In this document: one piece after another, positions 18,871 through 27,922 of the stretch | Position numbering within the stretch: the stretch's first letter is position 1 | Layout of the letters: every line of letters begins with the position of its first letter | Assembly: GCA_035533615.1 (NCBI GenBank) | Contig: DATLTM010000003.1 | Location: 1 to 43,524 of the forward strand | Length of the DNA stretch: 43,524 nt | Reading direction: 5' to 3' | DNA from: Minisyncoccota bacterium | Lineage (GTDB): Bacteria; Patescibacteriota; Minisyncoccia; Phycocordibacterales; Phycocordibacteraceae | Made by a program: the position numbers and the translations under genes | The notes under the pieces: generated by a model | Told to the model about the DNA's origin: nothing | Seen by the model: the letters and a program-made list of their open reading frames with translations, nothing else | Databases searched by the model: none

Positions 18871-19248
18871 ATGTTGCTGAACGTCTGTATTGCGAAGATA
18901 CATCGGGCGACGGTCACTGACGCCGATCTCGACTACGTCGGTTCCATCACGATAGACGAGTTGCTTATTACCGCAACCGGGCTTCTTCCTGGACAAATGG
19001 TTACGATTAACAATGTCTCAAACGCAGTTTCGTGGCGTACGTATATCGTGAAGGGGAAGAAGGGGAAGGGCGACATCATTCTCAACGGTCCGCCGGCTCG
19101 ACTTTTCAAGAAGGGTGACAAAGTCATTATCCTCGGTGAGGCGTGGGTGGACGAGGAAGATGCGAAGAAAATGTCGCACCCAACCATCGCTTTCGTAGAC
19201 GAAAAGAACCAAATTACAAAGGTTAAAAAAAGTTGGCGTCCTTCCTAG
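18871..19248 (+). CDS. panD: Aspartate 1-decarboxylase (pyruvoyl-dependent)
   Basis: 'KIHRATVTDADLDYVGSITIDELL' contains the Gly-Ser self-cleavage site. The overall alignment to PanD is recognisable (125 aa). Confidence 0.9.
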   Translation: MLLNVCIAKIHRATVTDADLDYVGSITIDELLITATGLLPGQMVTINNVSNAVSWRTYIVKGKKGKGDIILNGPPARLFKKGDKVIILGEAWVDEEDAKKMSHPTIAFVDEKNQITKVKKSWRPS

Positions 19249-20335
19249 TCGTCGCTGCCTTGCGAACAATACAGAACGGCGTCATTTCGTCGGACTGTCC
19301 GAGCGGATTGTCCCGGAAGAGCTTGCCGATGAAGCTCTCGGAGATACTGCGGGTTGATTTCCCAAGCGAAAAAGCGCCGCGGTAGTTCGCGTCGAGGATG
19401 ACCGTTTCGTGGCCGCCAAGGAGTTTCCTAATCGCGCATGCCGCACCATCGGGATCGTTTGGGGCGAGCTTTACGGAGTGTGCGTATTCAAGAATGAGGA
19501 ACGACATCGGGCAGTCAATTGATTTCGCCCGCAGGCCGCAGATTCGGTAGAAAAGACCGCGGATGCCAAACGGACGTGTTATTGCCGATACCGCCGCCGC
19601 GAAGAAAATGCGCAGGTAGCCTGCCTCCTCAATGAAAAGCTGCATCGCGAGGTCGGTCCCGTGTCCGAACCCGTGGAAATCATCGGTGCCGTAATAATTA
19701 CCAACATGGCGCGCGAGGAAACGCGCAAACGGCGTCGGATGAATGTCGCTCATGTCGACGACCCTTCCTTGGGTGATAGTCAGCGCTTTTTCGCTCACAA
19801 AGACAATATCGCCTTTCTGTAGATGCGGTCGCACGTACTCGTCCACAATCGGAAGAATGTCCGTATCTCGCATCGTGATGAGGCGCGTCTTGATCGGCAA
19901 GCGCAGGTACGAAACACCATCCACCTCAATTTCAATTCTTTTCCCGGGATTTGCGGCATACTCGCCGACCGCCTGCTTCGGTTCGGCAATCGGAGCGGAG
20001 GTTTCTTCGCCCACTGGTTTCTCGCCGCGGAAGAGCGCGAAGAGTCTCTCGACCACCGTGCGGATAATTTCCGAATCCTGACCGATTTCTGCGCGAGAGC
20101 GGAGAAGCTCGGTCGCCTCCATATATAAAATGTGCGCTTCATCAATTGAGGTTTGTTTGAACGTTGCTTCAATTGCTGGTCCGCTTACGGCGATAGCGCG
20201 TATGACGACTTCGCCATCCGGCTGTGGGTCATAGACGATGGAAAACCCGGTCTTTTCCCGCGTCTTCGCATATTCTTGGCGCATTTCTTGTGTTGATGCC
20301 TTTGTCCTAAATAGAGAACCGAGTCTCAATGCCAT
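19223..20335 (-). CDS. F420-0:gamma-glutamyl ligase (CofE)-like fold protein with ~150-aa N-terminal extension
   Basis: 'LQKGDIVFVSEKALTITQGRVVDM' and the following region resemble the F420_ligase family. The assignment is by memory of the family, not by search. The 3-prime end overlaps panD convergently by 26 nt. Confidence 0.5.
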   Translation of the reverse strand: MALRLGSLFRTKASTQEMRQEYAKTREKTGFSIVYDPQPDGEVVIRAIAVSGPAIEATFKQTSIDEAHILYMEATELLRSRAEIGQDSEIIRTVVERLFALFRGEKPVGEETSAPIAEPKQAVGEYAANPGKRIEIEVDGVSYLRLPIKTRLITMRDTDILPIVDEYVRPHLQKGDIVFVSEKALTITQGRVVDMSDIHPTPFARFLARHVGNYYGTDDFHGFGHGTDLAMQLFIEEAGYLRIFFAAAVSAITRPFGIRGLFYRICGLRAKSIDCPMSFLILEYAHSVKLAPNDPDGAACAIRKLLGGHETVILDANYRGAFSLGKSTRSISESFIGKLFRDNPLGQSDEMTPFCIVRKAATTRKDANFF

Positions 20336-20456
20336 AGCGATTAACTATAATTAATAACTTTGTATTCCCGCAGTGTAGCGCATCCGCGCCAAAAGCCAGA
20401 AAGAAGGACGTGACCGACAACTGGTCGGAGTCGGAGGATGGAGGTATGCTGTCGGT

Positions 20457-21464
20457 ATGGATTCGGCATTGGCACTACCGCGTATCATTTCTGTCAATTC
20501 GGATGTGCTCCCGGTCCACTGGGCTAAATTCTTCGTCGAGAATCGCGCTAAACTCCACATCGTCGTGCTGTATGAAAACGAAGCGGAGAACGGTAAGATG
20601 TGGCCGGCGCAAGAAATTGTTTTCCGCGGCGTTAGCCGCGGAGACCATGGCGGTGCCGATACGATTATCGACTCCACATCCGGGAATTATGGCACGGCGC
20701 TCGCCGCGGTCATTCGTCAGCATACCAAACGTGATCCCGGGTTTCCGATTAAACGGGTTGTTTCCGTGGTGTCGCGAAGTCTTCCGCAAGGGAAACGCGA
20801 CCGGTTGCTCGCGTGCGGTATTGAGCTCATTGATGCCGATGATGCGATAGATGCAATGCGTGTTGCCGAAGCTGTTGCCAAAGAGCGCGGATACTGGTAC
20901 ACGAAGCAATACTGGAACAAGGACAATAGCGCGGGCTATCGGCGTGTTGCCGAACATATTGCCAATCAATTACCGACGCTCGGTCTCATCGCGTGGGGTG
21001 TTGGGAGCGGAGGCGGCTGTTCGGGTATCATGCCGGTTCTCCAGGAGCGTTTCAAGAATCGTGGCACCGGTTTTCATCGCGTTGCCGTTGTTGCCGAAGA
21101 CGGGCAGAAGATCGGCGGCGTTAGGGATGAAAAAGCACTCGAGCCCGGTTCGCTTGACTGGCGCACAAATGTTGACGACGTGCGTTTTATAGCCGAAGAC
21201 CCCTCGTATCGTTTTAGTGCTGCACTCTGGCGAGGGCGAGATATGTCGTCGGACAGTGCATATTTGGTCGGCCCCAGCACGGGATTCGCCGCCGAAGGCG
21301 CTTGCCTCGCGGCTCGCCGGCTTTCTATCATGCGCACATTTGACGAGGTTCGTGCGCCCGACGGTTTTGTGCATATTCTCGTGCCGGCGCTCGACAAACG
21401 TACACCCTATCGTCTTGAATACGAACAGAAAGGTGTCTATCTTCCGAAGTCGGAGTGGGAATGA
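20457..21464 (+). CDS. PLP-dependent enzyme, fold type II (cysteine synthase/CBS-like)
   Basis: 'IIDSTSGNYGTALAAV' and the Gly-rich phosphate loop 'WGVGSGGGCSGI'. TATGCT-N6-ATG start context. Confidence 0.7.
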   Translation: MDSALALPRIISVNSDVLPVHWAKFFVENRAKLHIVVLYENEAENGKMWPAQEIVFRGVSRGDHGGADTIIDSTSGNYGTALAAVIRQHTKRDPGFPIKRVVSVVSRSLPQGKRDRLLACGIELIDADDAIDAMRVAEAVAKERGYWYTKQYWNKDNSAGYRRVAEHIANQLPTLGLIAWGVGSGGGCSGIMPVLQERFKNRGTGFHRVAVVAEDGQKIGGVRDEKALEPGSLDWRTNVDDVRFIAEDPSYRFSAALWRGRDMSSDSAYLVGPSTGFAAEGACLAARRLSIMRTFDEVRAPDGFVHILVPALDKRTPYRLEYEQKGVYLPKSEWE

Positions 21465-21489
21465 GGTTTGCCGTGCTACCATTCTCCGC

Positions 21490-21984
21490 ATGAAATCGCC
21501 CGCGCTCTATCTACGCACTATCGTCTTTGGCATCACGGACAGTCTCGTCTCAACCGTTGGGCTTCTCGCGGGCATCGATGTCGCAGGTGCTCCGCACGCG
21601 ACGCTTGCTCTTACCGGAATCGTCTATGCTTTTGTGGAAGCATTTTCAATGGCGATTGGGAATTTCCTTTCAGAAGAATCGGCGGAAGAGTATGCGAGTA
21701 AGGCAGACGTCGCCGACGGCCCCTCTATCATCGCTGGAACTATCATGTTCATCTCCTTCGTTCTCGCGGCACTCATTCCGCTCGTGCCGTACCTTATCTT
21801 CGGCACATGGGTTGCACTCGCGACGTCGGTCATCGTTTCTATTCTTGCGCTCTTCATCGTAGGCATATTCAGCGCCCGTTTTTCCCGCCTTCCCATGTTT
21901 CGACGTGGCGCACGGATGGCGCTGCTTGGCGGCGCGGCGATAGGTATGGGTGTCATCATCGGCATGGTTGTGCCGATTCATTAA
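21490..21984 (+). CDS. VIT1/CCC1-family (iron/manganese transporter-like) membrane protein
   Basis: Track ORF 21217..21984 trimmed to 'MKSPALYLRTIVFGITDSLVSTVGLLAG', because the long form overlaps the PLP gene. TACCAT-N7-ATG start context. Confidence 0.7.
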   Translation: MKSPALYLRTIVFGITDSLVSTVGLLAGIDVAGAPHATLALTGIVYAFVEAFSMAIGNFLSEESAEEYASKADVADGPSIIAGTIMFISFVLAALIPLVPYLIFGTWVALATSVIVSILALFIVGIFSARFSRLPMFRRGARMALLGGAAIGMGVIIGMVVPIH

Positions 21985-22088
21985 CCTATCTCGTTGTACC
22001 GCTCCATCACAACCTATTGACAGTATATTGTCAATGTGCTAGGATGAAAAAACGGGGTAGCTTGAGGCTATTTCGGTAATTCAATCCA

Positions 22089-22649
22089 ATGGTACCACTT
22101 ACAGCCCTTATGGGGTTTTTGTTTTTTCCCGGCATTGGCGGCACTACGATGCCGCCGGTGTACGCTGGTGCGCCGACGTCGCCGGTGGATTATAGCGTAA
22201 CACTTACCGCCTATAACGCCGTCCCGGCGCAGACTGATAACAGTCCTTTTGAAACTGCCTCTGGCGCATATTCAAATCCAGAGATTATCGCGGCGCGTTC
22301 GCAGGACCTCTCTGGTACGTTACCATTCGGCACCATCATCGAGCTCGACGGGCCGACCGCACCACAGTATACCTGCGGATATAGTGTCGTCTCCTCCCGC
22401 ATAGGATATCGCGTCATCGAAGATACAATGAATGCCCGCTACACCAATCGCATCGACGTTCTTTTGGGCACGGCGGCAGAGTATGTGACGGCTGACAAGA
22501 AGATGAAGAATGCGGCGCAAGTTCTCGGCGTCTGCAGCGGCGTCACTATCCGCGTCGTCGGACATATCGGCATCAATCATCTTCCAAAGACGCAATCACA
22601 ACTTGCCGCGATAGTCGCCGGCACGACCAATACGCTGGCCATCAGATAA
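22089..22649 (+). CDS. Secreted 3D-domain protein (MltA/RlpA-type double-psi barrel)
   Basis: 'VTLTAYNAVPAQTDNSPFETASGAY...AARSQDLSGTLPFGTIIELDG' fits the 3D domain. N-terminal hydrophobic segment. Confidence 0.7.
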   Translation: MVPLTALMGFLFFPGIGGTTMPPVYAGAPTSPVDYSVTLTAYNAVPAQTDNSPFETASGAYSNPEIIAARSQDLSGTLPFGTIIELDGPTAPQYTCGYSVVSSRIGYRVIEDTMNARYTNRIDVLLGTAAEYVTADKKMKNAAQVLGVCSGVTIRVVGHIGINHLPKTQSQLAAIVAGTTNTLAIR

Positions 22650-22667
22650 AGGGAGCCGGCATGGGGT

Positions 22668-23333
22668 ATGCTTATTCCCATGAAGCATCTCGCTTTCGAG
22701 GAATCGGGCCTCACGCGGCGGGAATATAAAACGCTCGCCGCACTCTCGACACCGATTCTGATACAAAATTTTCTTGATGCACTCCCGTTCAATTTTGAAG
22801 AAAGTGGCGATACACATATGTCGCCGCAGCGCGCTCTTTTAGAAGGGAAGGCACACTGTATCGAAGGCGCGCTACTCGCCGCAACCGCGCTGTGGATATA
22901 TGGCCAGCCGCCTCTCATCATGAATCTCTCCTCGCGGATGGGAAAGGGAGACGTCGACCACGTGGTCGCGCTTTACAGGCGCGGCGGTCGTTATGGCGCC
23001 ATTAGCAAAACAAATCACGCCTCGATTCGTTTTCGCGATCCCGTTTATCGGACGCCTCGCGAGCTCGCTCTTTCGTATTTTCACGAATGGTTTATGAACG
23101 AAACGGGGGAAAAGACACTTGAATGTTACTCCAAGCCGCTTGATATGCGTCGCTGGGGTGTTCACTGGCTTACGGCAAAGGAAGAGTTATGGGTTGTTGC
23201 CGATGCGCTCGCCGAACGGAAACATTACTTTCTCGTCCCGAAAGGGAACTGGCGTCACGTACGCAGGGCAGACGCAATGGAACTAAAAGCGGGAAGACTC
23301 ATCGAATGGCGGAAGTCTCATCCGCCAATGTAG
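22668..23333 (+). CDS. Transglutaminase-like / papain-fold cysteine peptidase-like protein
   Basis: Candidate Cys-His pair 'GKAHCIEGALLAA' and 'DVDHVVALY'. The alternative start ATG 22680 has a TATGCT-N7 context. Confidence 0.5.
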   Translation: MLIPMKHLAFEESGLTRREYKTLAALSTPILIQNFLDALPFNFEESGDTHMSPQRALLEGKAHCIEGALLAATALWIYGQPPLIMNLSSRMGKGDVDHVVALYRRGGRYGAISKTNHASIRFRDPVYRTPRELALSYFHEWFMNETGEKTLECYSKPLDMRRWGVHWLTAKEELWVVADALAERKHYFLVPKGNWRHVRRADAMELKAGRLIEWRKSHPPM

Positions 23334-23391
23334 GCCGCTCGCGCTTTGCAGGTGTCGGGGGAAATATGATATACCGATAACAAATACGACG

Positions 23392-23793
23392 ATGAGAACG
23401 AAGAAACCAATGTATTCCGGAGAAATCCGGGTGGGGAGGGCGAGTGCCGGACTCGGGCTTTTCGCGACACGTTCCTTCAAGAAGGGCGAGCGCATCGTAG
23501 AGTATATCGGCCGGACCATCACAGACGCCGAGGCATATTCGAGCCGCAGTAAATATTTGTTTGAAGTAAGCACGCGCAAAACAATTGACGGCACCAGCCG
23601 CTCGAACATTGCGCGGTATATCAATCATTCCTGCCGTCCGAACTGCGAGCCGGAGATAGAGCGCGGTCGTGTCTTCATTGATGCGATAAAAAATATCAAA
23701 GCGGGCGAAGAGCTCACCTATGATTACGGCGAAGAGTATTTTAATGAGCACATCAAGCCACGCGGTTGTCGTTGTGCGAAGCACCGTACCTAA
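23392..23793 (+). CDS. SET-domain protein (lysine methyltransferase-like)
   Basis: 'ARYINHSCRPNCE' and 'GEELTYDY' are canonical SET motifs. Short Cys-containing post-SET tail 'GCRCAKH'. Confidence 0.85.
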   Translation: MRTKKPMYSGEIRVGRASAGLGLFATRSFKKGERIVEYIGRTITDAEAYSSRSKYLFEVSTRKTIDGTSRSNIARYINHSCRPNCEPEIERGRVFIDAIKNIKAGEELTYDYGEEYFNEHIKPRGCRCAKHRT

Positions 23794-23796
23794 AAA

Positions 23797-23826
23797 GAAA
23801 TCGCCCCGCGAAAGCGGGGCGATTTC
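23797..23826. terminator. Bidirectional intrinsic terminator between the SET gene and csp
   Basis: gaaatcgccccgc-gaaa-gcggggcgatttc (13-bp stem), flanked by an A-run upstream and T-rich sequence downstream. Confidence 0.7.
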
Positions 23827-23842
23827 TGCTCAACCTAATTGC

Positions 23843-24052
23843 TTAGATCTTGCTGACGCCGAGGGCGTTCGGGCCCTTCGGGCTGTCTCCGATAGTGAAA
23901 GAGACTTTGTCTCCCTCCCGGAGCTCGTCGAACGAAATGTTCTGGAGCTCGTTGGAATGGAAGAAAAGGTCCTTTGCGCCTTCTTGCGCGCCGTCGACTT
24001 TGATGAAGCCGAAGCCCTTCTCGTTTTTCTTGATTACGGTACCATTTTGCAT
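23843..24052 (-). CDS. cspA: Cold-shock protein (CspA family)
   Basis: 69 aa with RNP1-like 'KGFGFI' and RNP2-like 'LFFHS'. Symbol used in the family sense only. Confidence 0.9.
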   Translation of the reverse strand: MQNGTVIKKNEKGFGFIKVDGAQEGAKDLFFHSNELQNISFDELREGDKVSFTIGDSPKGPNALGVSKI

Positions 24053-24244
24053 ACTGTAGTTCGATAGATTGTGTGACTAAGGTATCAAATCAGTAGCCGA
24101 AGATAGAAGCTCGATCCCACTTCTCTGGATCCAGCGCTGGTTGATATGTATAGCATAGCAGGCGCTGTATTTTTTGTCAATACGTCGTACACGCGATATG
24201 AGTGCATTCGGCCGTCTGCTATACTTTTCGGCATATCGGTCACC

Positions 24245-24913
24245 ATGGAGACGCAACAACCCGATTCTTTTACACTTAAAGACCTGTTCAAGCCGGAACA
24301 TCGGTATTCGCTCCTCGGCGCGTTCTTCCTGCTTTGCCTCGCGTATATCGCCGAGCATTTCGCCAATCTCTACGAAATTGCATACTCGCTGCGGCCGACT
24401 TCAACGTACGTGGGAGATCTGCTTCTCGATAATCTACCGGTGGTAAACCTGAACTTCATCATCATCGAAGGCGCGCTGCTCAGCATCGTCGTTGGAACCA
24501 TATTTGTGCTCCTGCGTCCCCGTTATGTTCTCTTTGCGCTCAAATCACTGGCGCTCTTCGTCGCTATACGCGCTCTGTTTGTTTCTCTCACACACGTCGG
24601 CATCTATCCCGGTAGCATAAATCCAGGCGCGGGAATTCTCGATGGTATCTATACCTATCTCAATTTCCAGACGGGGTTCTTTTTTTCAGGGCATACCGCC
24701 CTGCCGTTTCTGATGGCGCTCATTTTCTGGGAAGAACGACCCGCTCGAATCGTTCTTTTATCGCTCTCATTTGTGTTCGGCACCGCGGTGCTTCTCGCGC
24801 ACATCCACTATTCAATCGACGTATTTGCTGCGCCCTTCATGGCTTATGGCATATTCAATATCGCCCGCCATCTCTTTCCGCACGATTGGGAACTAATTGA
24901 AGGAGGGTTTTAA
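24245..24913 (+). CDS. PAP2_C / sphingomyelin-synthase-like membrane phosphotransferase
   Basis: Track ORF trimmed to 'METQQPDSF...'. Motifs 'FFFSGHTALPF' and 'LLAHIHYSIDVFAAP'. 5-6 TM. Confidence 0.6.
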   Translation: METQQPDSFTLKDLFKPEHRYSLLGAFFLLCLAYIAEHFANLYEIAYSLRPTSTYVGDLLLDNLPVVNLNFIIIEGALLSIVVGTIFVLLRPRYVLFALKSLALFVAIRALFVSLTHVGIYPGSINPGAGILDGIYTYLNFQTGFFFSGHTALPFLMALIFWEERPARIVLLSLSFVFGTAVLLAHIHYSIDVFAAPFMAYGIFNIARHLFPHDWELIEGGF

Positions 24914-25800
24914 CCGGGGAATTTTTCTGCAAAAAGTGCTGTAGTCGTTGGAGCGTTTAGTGCACTTAACATATAAAGTCGATTCGAAAATTGCTCCCCG
25001 GTATAAAAATCTCCCCGAGCAGATCGATAGCCGGCTTTCTTCACGAGTGCCGTGGTCGTTGCGTTGTATTGTCCGAACGGATAGGCAAATTCGTTAATTG
25101 TAGTACCCAGGTTCTTCTCGAGAATCCGCTTGCTTTCGTCAATCTCTCTCCATAAAACAGCAGGATCGGTTATTTTCGTAAGGTAGGGATGCGAAAGAGA
25201 ATGGCTCTCGATGGACATACCGGCGTTGCGAAGTGTCCGCAGGTCGTTCCACGAGAGAAAGCCGCGCGTTCCGATGGAATTGACGAAAACAAAGAAGGTT
25301 GCGGTGTAATGGTATTTTTGAAGAATCGGAAATGCGTATCTAAATTGATCGCCCCACCCGTCGTCAAAAGAAATGATGACCGGCTTTACTGGCAGTGGCG
25401 CGCCGCTTTGAAAGTGGTTTTCAAGATCGTCGAATGATACGACATGATATCCGGCGTCCCGTAAGTGCTGCATCTGCGCGTTAAACACATCCGGCGTCTG
25501 AGCGAGGGCACGCACAGCCTGGTCGTCATTCGGGTAGCTTGGCCGGACAATGTGGTACACCAGTATCGGCAGATTAATCCTTGTCGTAGAGGCAGTACTA
25601 GGAGGAACGATTTGTGTCGCATCAACTGGTACCTCGGCATAGAGCGCTTCGTTGTTTAGAAATACCGTCTTTGCCGATGAGGCTTGATTGTTGGACAAGA
25701 AAAATATGCTTGCCAGTACGGCAATGCCGAGAATACCAGGTACGAAAAGGAAACAAGTATAGCGAGCCATTGTGGTTGGTACTACTATAACAACAGGCAT
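24910..25800 (-). CDS. Polysaccharide deacetylase (NodB homology, CE4)
   Basis: 'VIISFDDGWGDQF' (motif 1) and 'IESHSLSHPYL' (His motif). N-terminal TM. The start may be the internal Met of 'MARYTCF'. Confidence 0.85.
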   Translation of the reverse strand: MPVVIVVPTTMARYTCFLFVPGILGIAVLASIFFLSNNQASSAKTVFLNNEALYAEVPVDATQIVPPSTASTTRINLPILVYHIVRPSYPNDDQAVRALAQTPDVFNAQMQHLRDAGYHVVSFDDLENHFQSGAPLPVKPVIISFDDGWGDQFRYAFPILQKYHYTATFFVFVNSIGTRGFLSWNDLRTLRNAGMSIESHSLSHPYLTKITDPAVLWREIDESKRILEKNLGTTINEFAYPFGQYNATTTALVKKAGYRSARGDFYTGEQFSNRLYMLSALNAPTTTALFAEKFPG

Positions 25801-25850
25801 GTCGGAAAGAAAATAAAATCTCCATGGTACGATATAGACGCAATTATCCT

Positions 25851-26222
25851 ATGCGTACGTTCATCGGATGGAGTGCTCTCGTTATCCTCGTCGTGATGGG
25901 GATTTCCGGTTTCGGAATTGCTCGCGCGCAGAACATAACTTCGCCGAGCTATCAGGTGCTTGCGCCGGTAATTACATCCGGTGGCGGTTACGGAACATCG
26001 GCCGATTTCTCCCTGCTCGGCGTTATCGGTGAATTTTCCCACAACCTCTCAAGCTCGACATCGTTCAATCTGGTTCCCGGTTTTGCCGCTTATCCGTTCG
26101 TCTCGACACCGGTGGCGAGCGCGACCGGAGTCAGTACGGCGGTGGATCTTTCATGGACGGCGGCGGTGCCGGGGCATATTCAAAGATCTCTAATCTCACG
26201 CTTACTGCGAATGGTTCTGTAA
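25851..26222 (+). CDS. N-terminal (signal/TM + beta) part of a glycine-rich surface protein; the frame ends at 26222
   Basis: 'MRTFIGWSALVILVVMGISGFGIARAQ...'. The last ~20 codons ('PGHIQRSLISRLLRMVL') look like out-of-frame read-through. See the frameshift finding. Confidence 0.5.
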   Translation: MRTFIGWSALVILVVMGISGFGIARAQNITSPSYQVLAPVITSGGGYGTSADFSLLGVIGEFSHNLSSSTSFNLVPGFAAYPFVSTPVASATGVSTAVDLSWTAAVPGHIQRSLISRLLRMVL

Positions 26223-27139
26223 CTATCCAGGTTGGAACAGGCGGCGGTTCCAAAGTTTCCGGGACGGACACGTGGTTTAACGGTTCTTCGTGTACCGGTG
26301 CGTCTGTCTGCGCAAAAGGCGGAACGACAGCATCTGGCGCTACCGCCGGCACAGGCGGCGCAGCTGGTTCAGGGGTTGGGACTACAAAATATTCAGGTGG
26401 TAATGGCGGAGCGGGAAGTACCGTCAAGGCCACCGATGGCGGCGGTGGCGGTGGCGCAGCCGGTCTCAATGGTAATGGAAATGCCGGCGCCGCCAGCGGG
26501 ACGTCCACCGGCGGTTCCGGCGATGCGGGATCTGGCGGCGCCGGCGGTGCAATCGGTAGCGGCACCGGCGGCAACGGCACGGAATGGGGAGCGTCAGATG
26601 GTTCTGGCGGCGGCGGCGGCGGTGCAAGTTCTAACAGCACGGCCGGCGGCGCTGGCGGTACCTACGGCGCCGCTGGCGGCGGCGGCAGAAGCTCCGCAGG
26701 CGCGGGCGGTGCAGGCACACAGGGCATCATCGTCATTACCTATACGCCTTCCAGTACCGCCCCCACCGTCACCACCAACTTTGCTGGCAGCATCAACTTC
26801 AACTCGGCGAATCTCGTCGGTTCCATCACCGCTACTGGTGGCGTGAACCCCGGCACGGAAGGTTTCGCCTACGGTACGAGTGCAACGCTCGCCACCGTTA
26901 TTGCCACCACCACCACAACCGGGAGTTTCAGTACTGGTCCTTTCAACACCGGAATCGGCGGACTTTCCGCAAACACGACCTACTACTTCCGTGCGTATGC
27001 CACCAATACCGCCGGAACCGGGTACGGAAGCATTGTGAGCTTCACGACCGGTGATTCAATCCCGAGTCGTATCATGCGCCTTTTTGAAGGGTTCGTCATT
27101 AAACTCTTCAGCGGTCGGTTCATTCTCTTTGGCTCGTGA
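26153..27139 (+). CDS. Glycine-rich repeat protein with C-terminal Fn3-like module and hydrophobic tail; probably the continuation of 25851..26222 in another frame
   Basis: 'GGGAGAYSKISNLTLTANGSVTIQVGTGGG', then long GGxGG tracts, then 'LSANTTYYFRAYATNTAGTGYGSIVSFTT'. Overlaps the previous ORF by 70 nt. Confidence 0.6.
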   Translation: MDGGGAGAYSKISNLTLTANGSVTIQVGTGGGSKVSGTDTWFNGSSCTGASVCAKGGTTASGATAGTGGAAGSGVGTTKYSGGNGGAGSTVKATDGGGGGGAAGLNGNGNAGAASGTSTGGSGDAGSGGAGGAIGSGTGGNGTEWGASDGSGGGGGGASSNSTAGGAGGTYGAAGGGGRSSAGAGGAGTQGIIVITYTPSSTAPTVTTNFAGSINFNSANLVGSITATGGVNPGTEGFAYGTSATLATVIATTTTTGSFSTGPFNTGIGGLSANTTYYFRAYATNTAGTGYGSIVSFTTGDSIPSRIMRLFEGFVIKLFSGRFILFGS

Positions 27140-27158
27140 TGTATTATATTATTTGTCT

Positions 27159-27764
27159 ATGAAAAAACTTCCTTTTAAAGGCATCCCTATCCTACTCGGC
27201 CTTCTTGTAGGCGGAGGAGTGTTTGCATTCTCTCTTTCTCATCACGCGAATATTGCTCCCCAGGTTGCCGCCGTTGCCACAACTCAGATCCCGGTTGCAA
27301 CCGCCCCGGCACCTTCCGGCACGCACGTGACTCCCCAGACGATTGCCACCGTGGCATCATCCACGCCTGGTCGCGTAGAATACCAGAACGAAAAATATCA
27401 TTTCTCGTTCTATCATTCACCGGAATCAACCGTACAGGAATATGACGAAGGGGGAGGTGCGGAGACCGTTGTGCTCCAGAATTTGCAAAAAGTACGCGGA
27501 TTCCAGGTGTTCATCGTGCCCTATACGCAAACCACAATTTCAGAAGAACGGTTCAAGGAAGATGTTCCGTCTGGAGTCAGAACCAATGTGGAGAATACGA
27601 CGCTCGACGGGGTACGGGCCGTAACATTCAACAGCTATGACGCCGTTCTTGGCAATACGCGCGAGATCTGGGCCATTCGCGGCGGCTACCTATATGAGGT
27701 AACAACCTTCAGCGGCGTCGCAAACTGGTTTGACCCTATCATAGAGACGTGGCGCTTCATATAA
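27159..27764 (+). CDS. Membrane-anchored secreted protein, unknown
   Basis: Track ORF trimmed to 'MKKLPFKGIPILLGLLVGGGVFAF'. The remainder is a soluble domain with no recognised family. Confidence 0.55.
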   Translation: MKKLPFKGIPILLGLLVGGGVFAFSLSHHANIAPQVAAVATTQIPVATAPAPSGTHVTPQTIATVASSTPGRVEYQNEKYHFSFYHSPESTVQEYDEGGGAETVVLQNLQKVRGFQVFIVPYTQTTISEERFKEDVPSGVRTNVENTTLDGVRAVTFNSYDAVLGNTREIWAIRGGYLYEVTTFSGVANWFDPIIETWRFI

Positions 27765-27847
27765 CGGAATGAATGGCATCGTACAGAACAAGATTAAACA
27801 TTACTCTGTACCGAGAACGAAGAAGGTAGACGGGGTGTCTCCACGTT

Positions 27848-27874
27848 CACAGTGCATAAAATATATCCACTGTG
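27848..27874. promoter_or_regulatory. Inverted repeat CACAGTG-N13-CACTGTG abutting a TATACT box
   Basis: cacagtgcataaaatatatccactgtg is followed 3 nt later by TATACT (27878-27883). It lies upstream of the Cys/His-rich small gene. Confidence 0.35.
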
Positions 27875-27922
27875 CGGTATACTTTACGGCATAGAAGCGT
27901 TACGTCATTAAAATATAAACAT

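Noticed and set aside
17629-18996. Long forms of several track ORFs (17629..18996, 4004..5371, 21217..21984, 24146..24913, 27051..27764, 29646..30002, 12042..12263, 27872..28156)
   Set aside because: The extensions overlap neighbouring genes or promoter boxes and encode R/C/S-rich junk. Internal Mets give signal peptides or TM segments and have SD or -10 contexts.
26131-26640. 169-aa proline-rich minus-strand ORF
   Set aside because: It is the reverse complement of the GGN-rich glycine repeats (NCC codons give Pro/Ala). It is an artefact of the glycine-rich gene.
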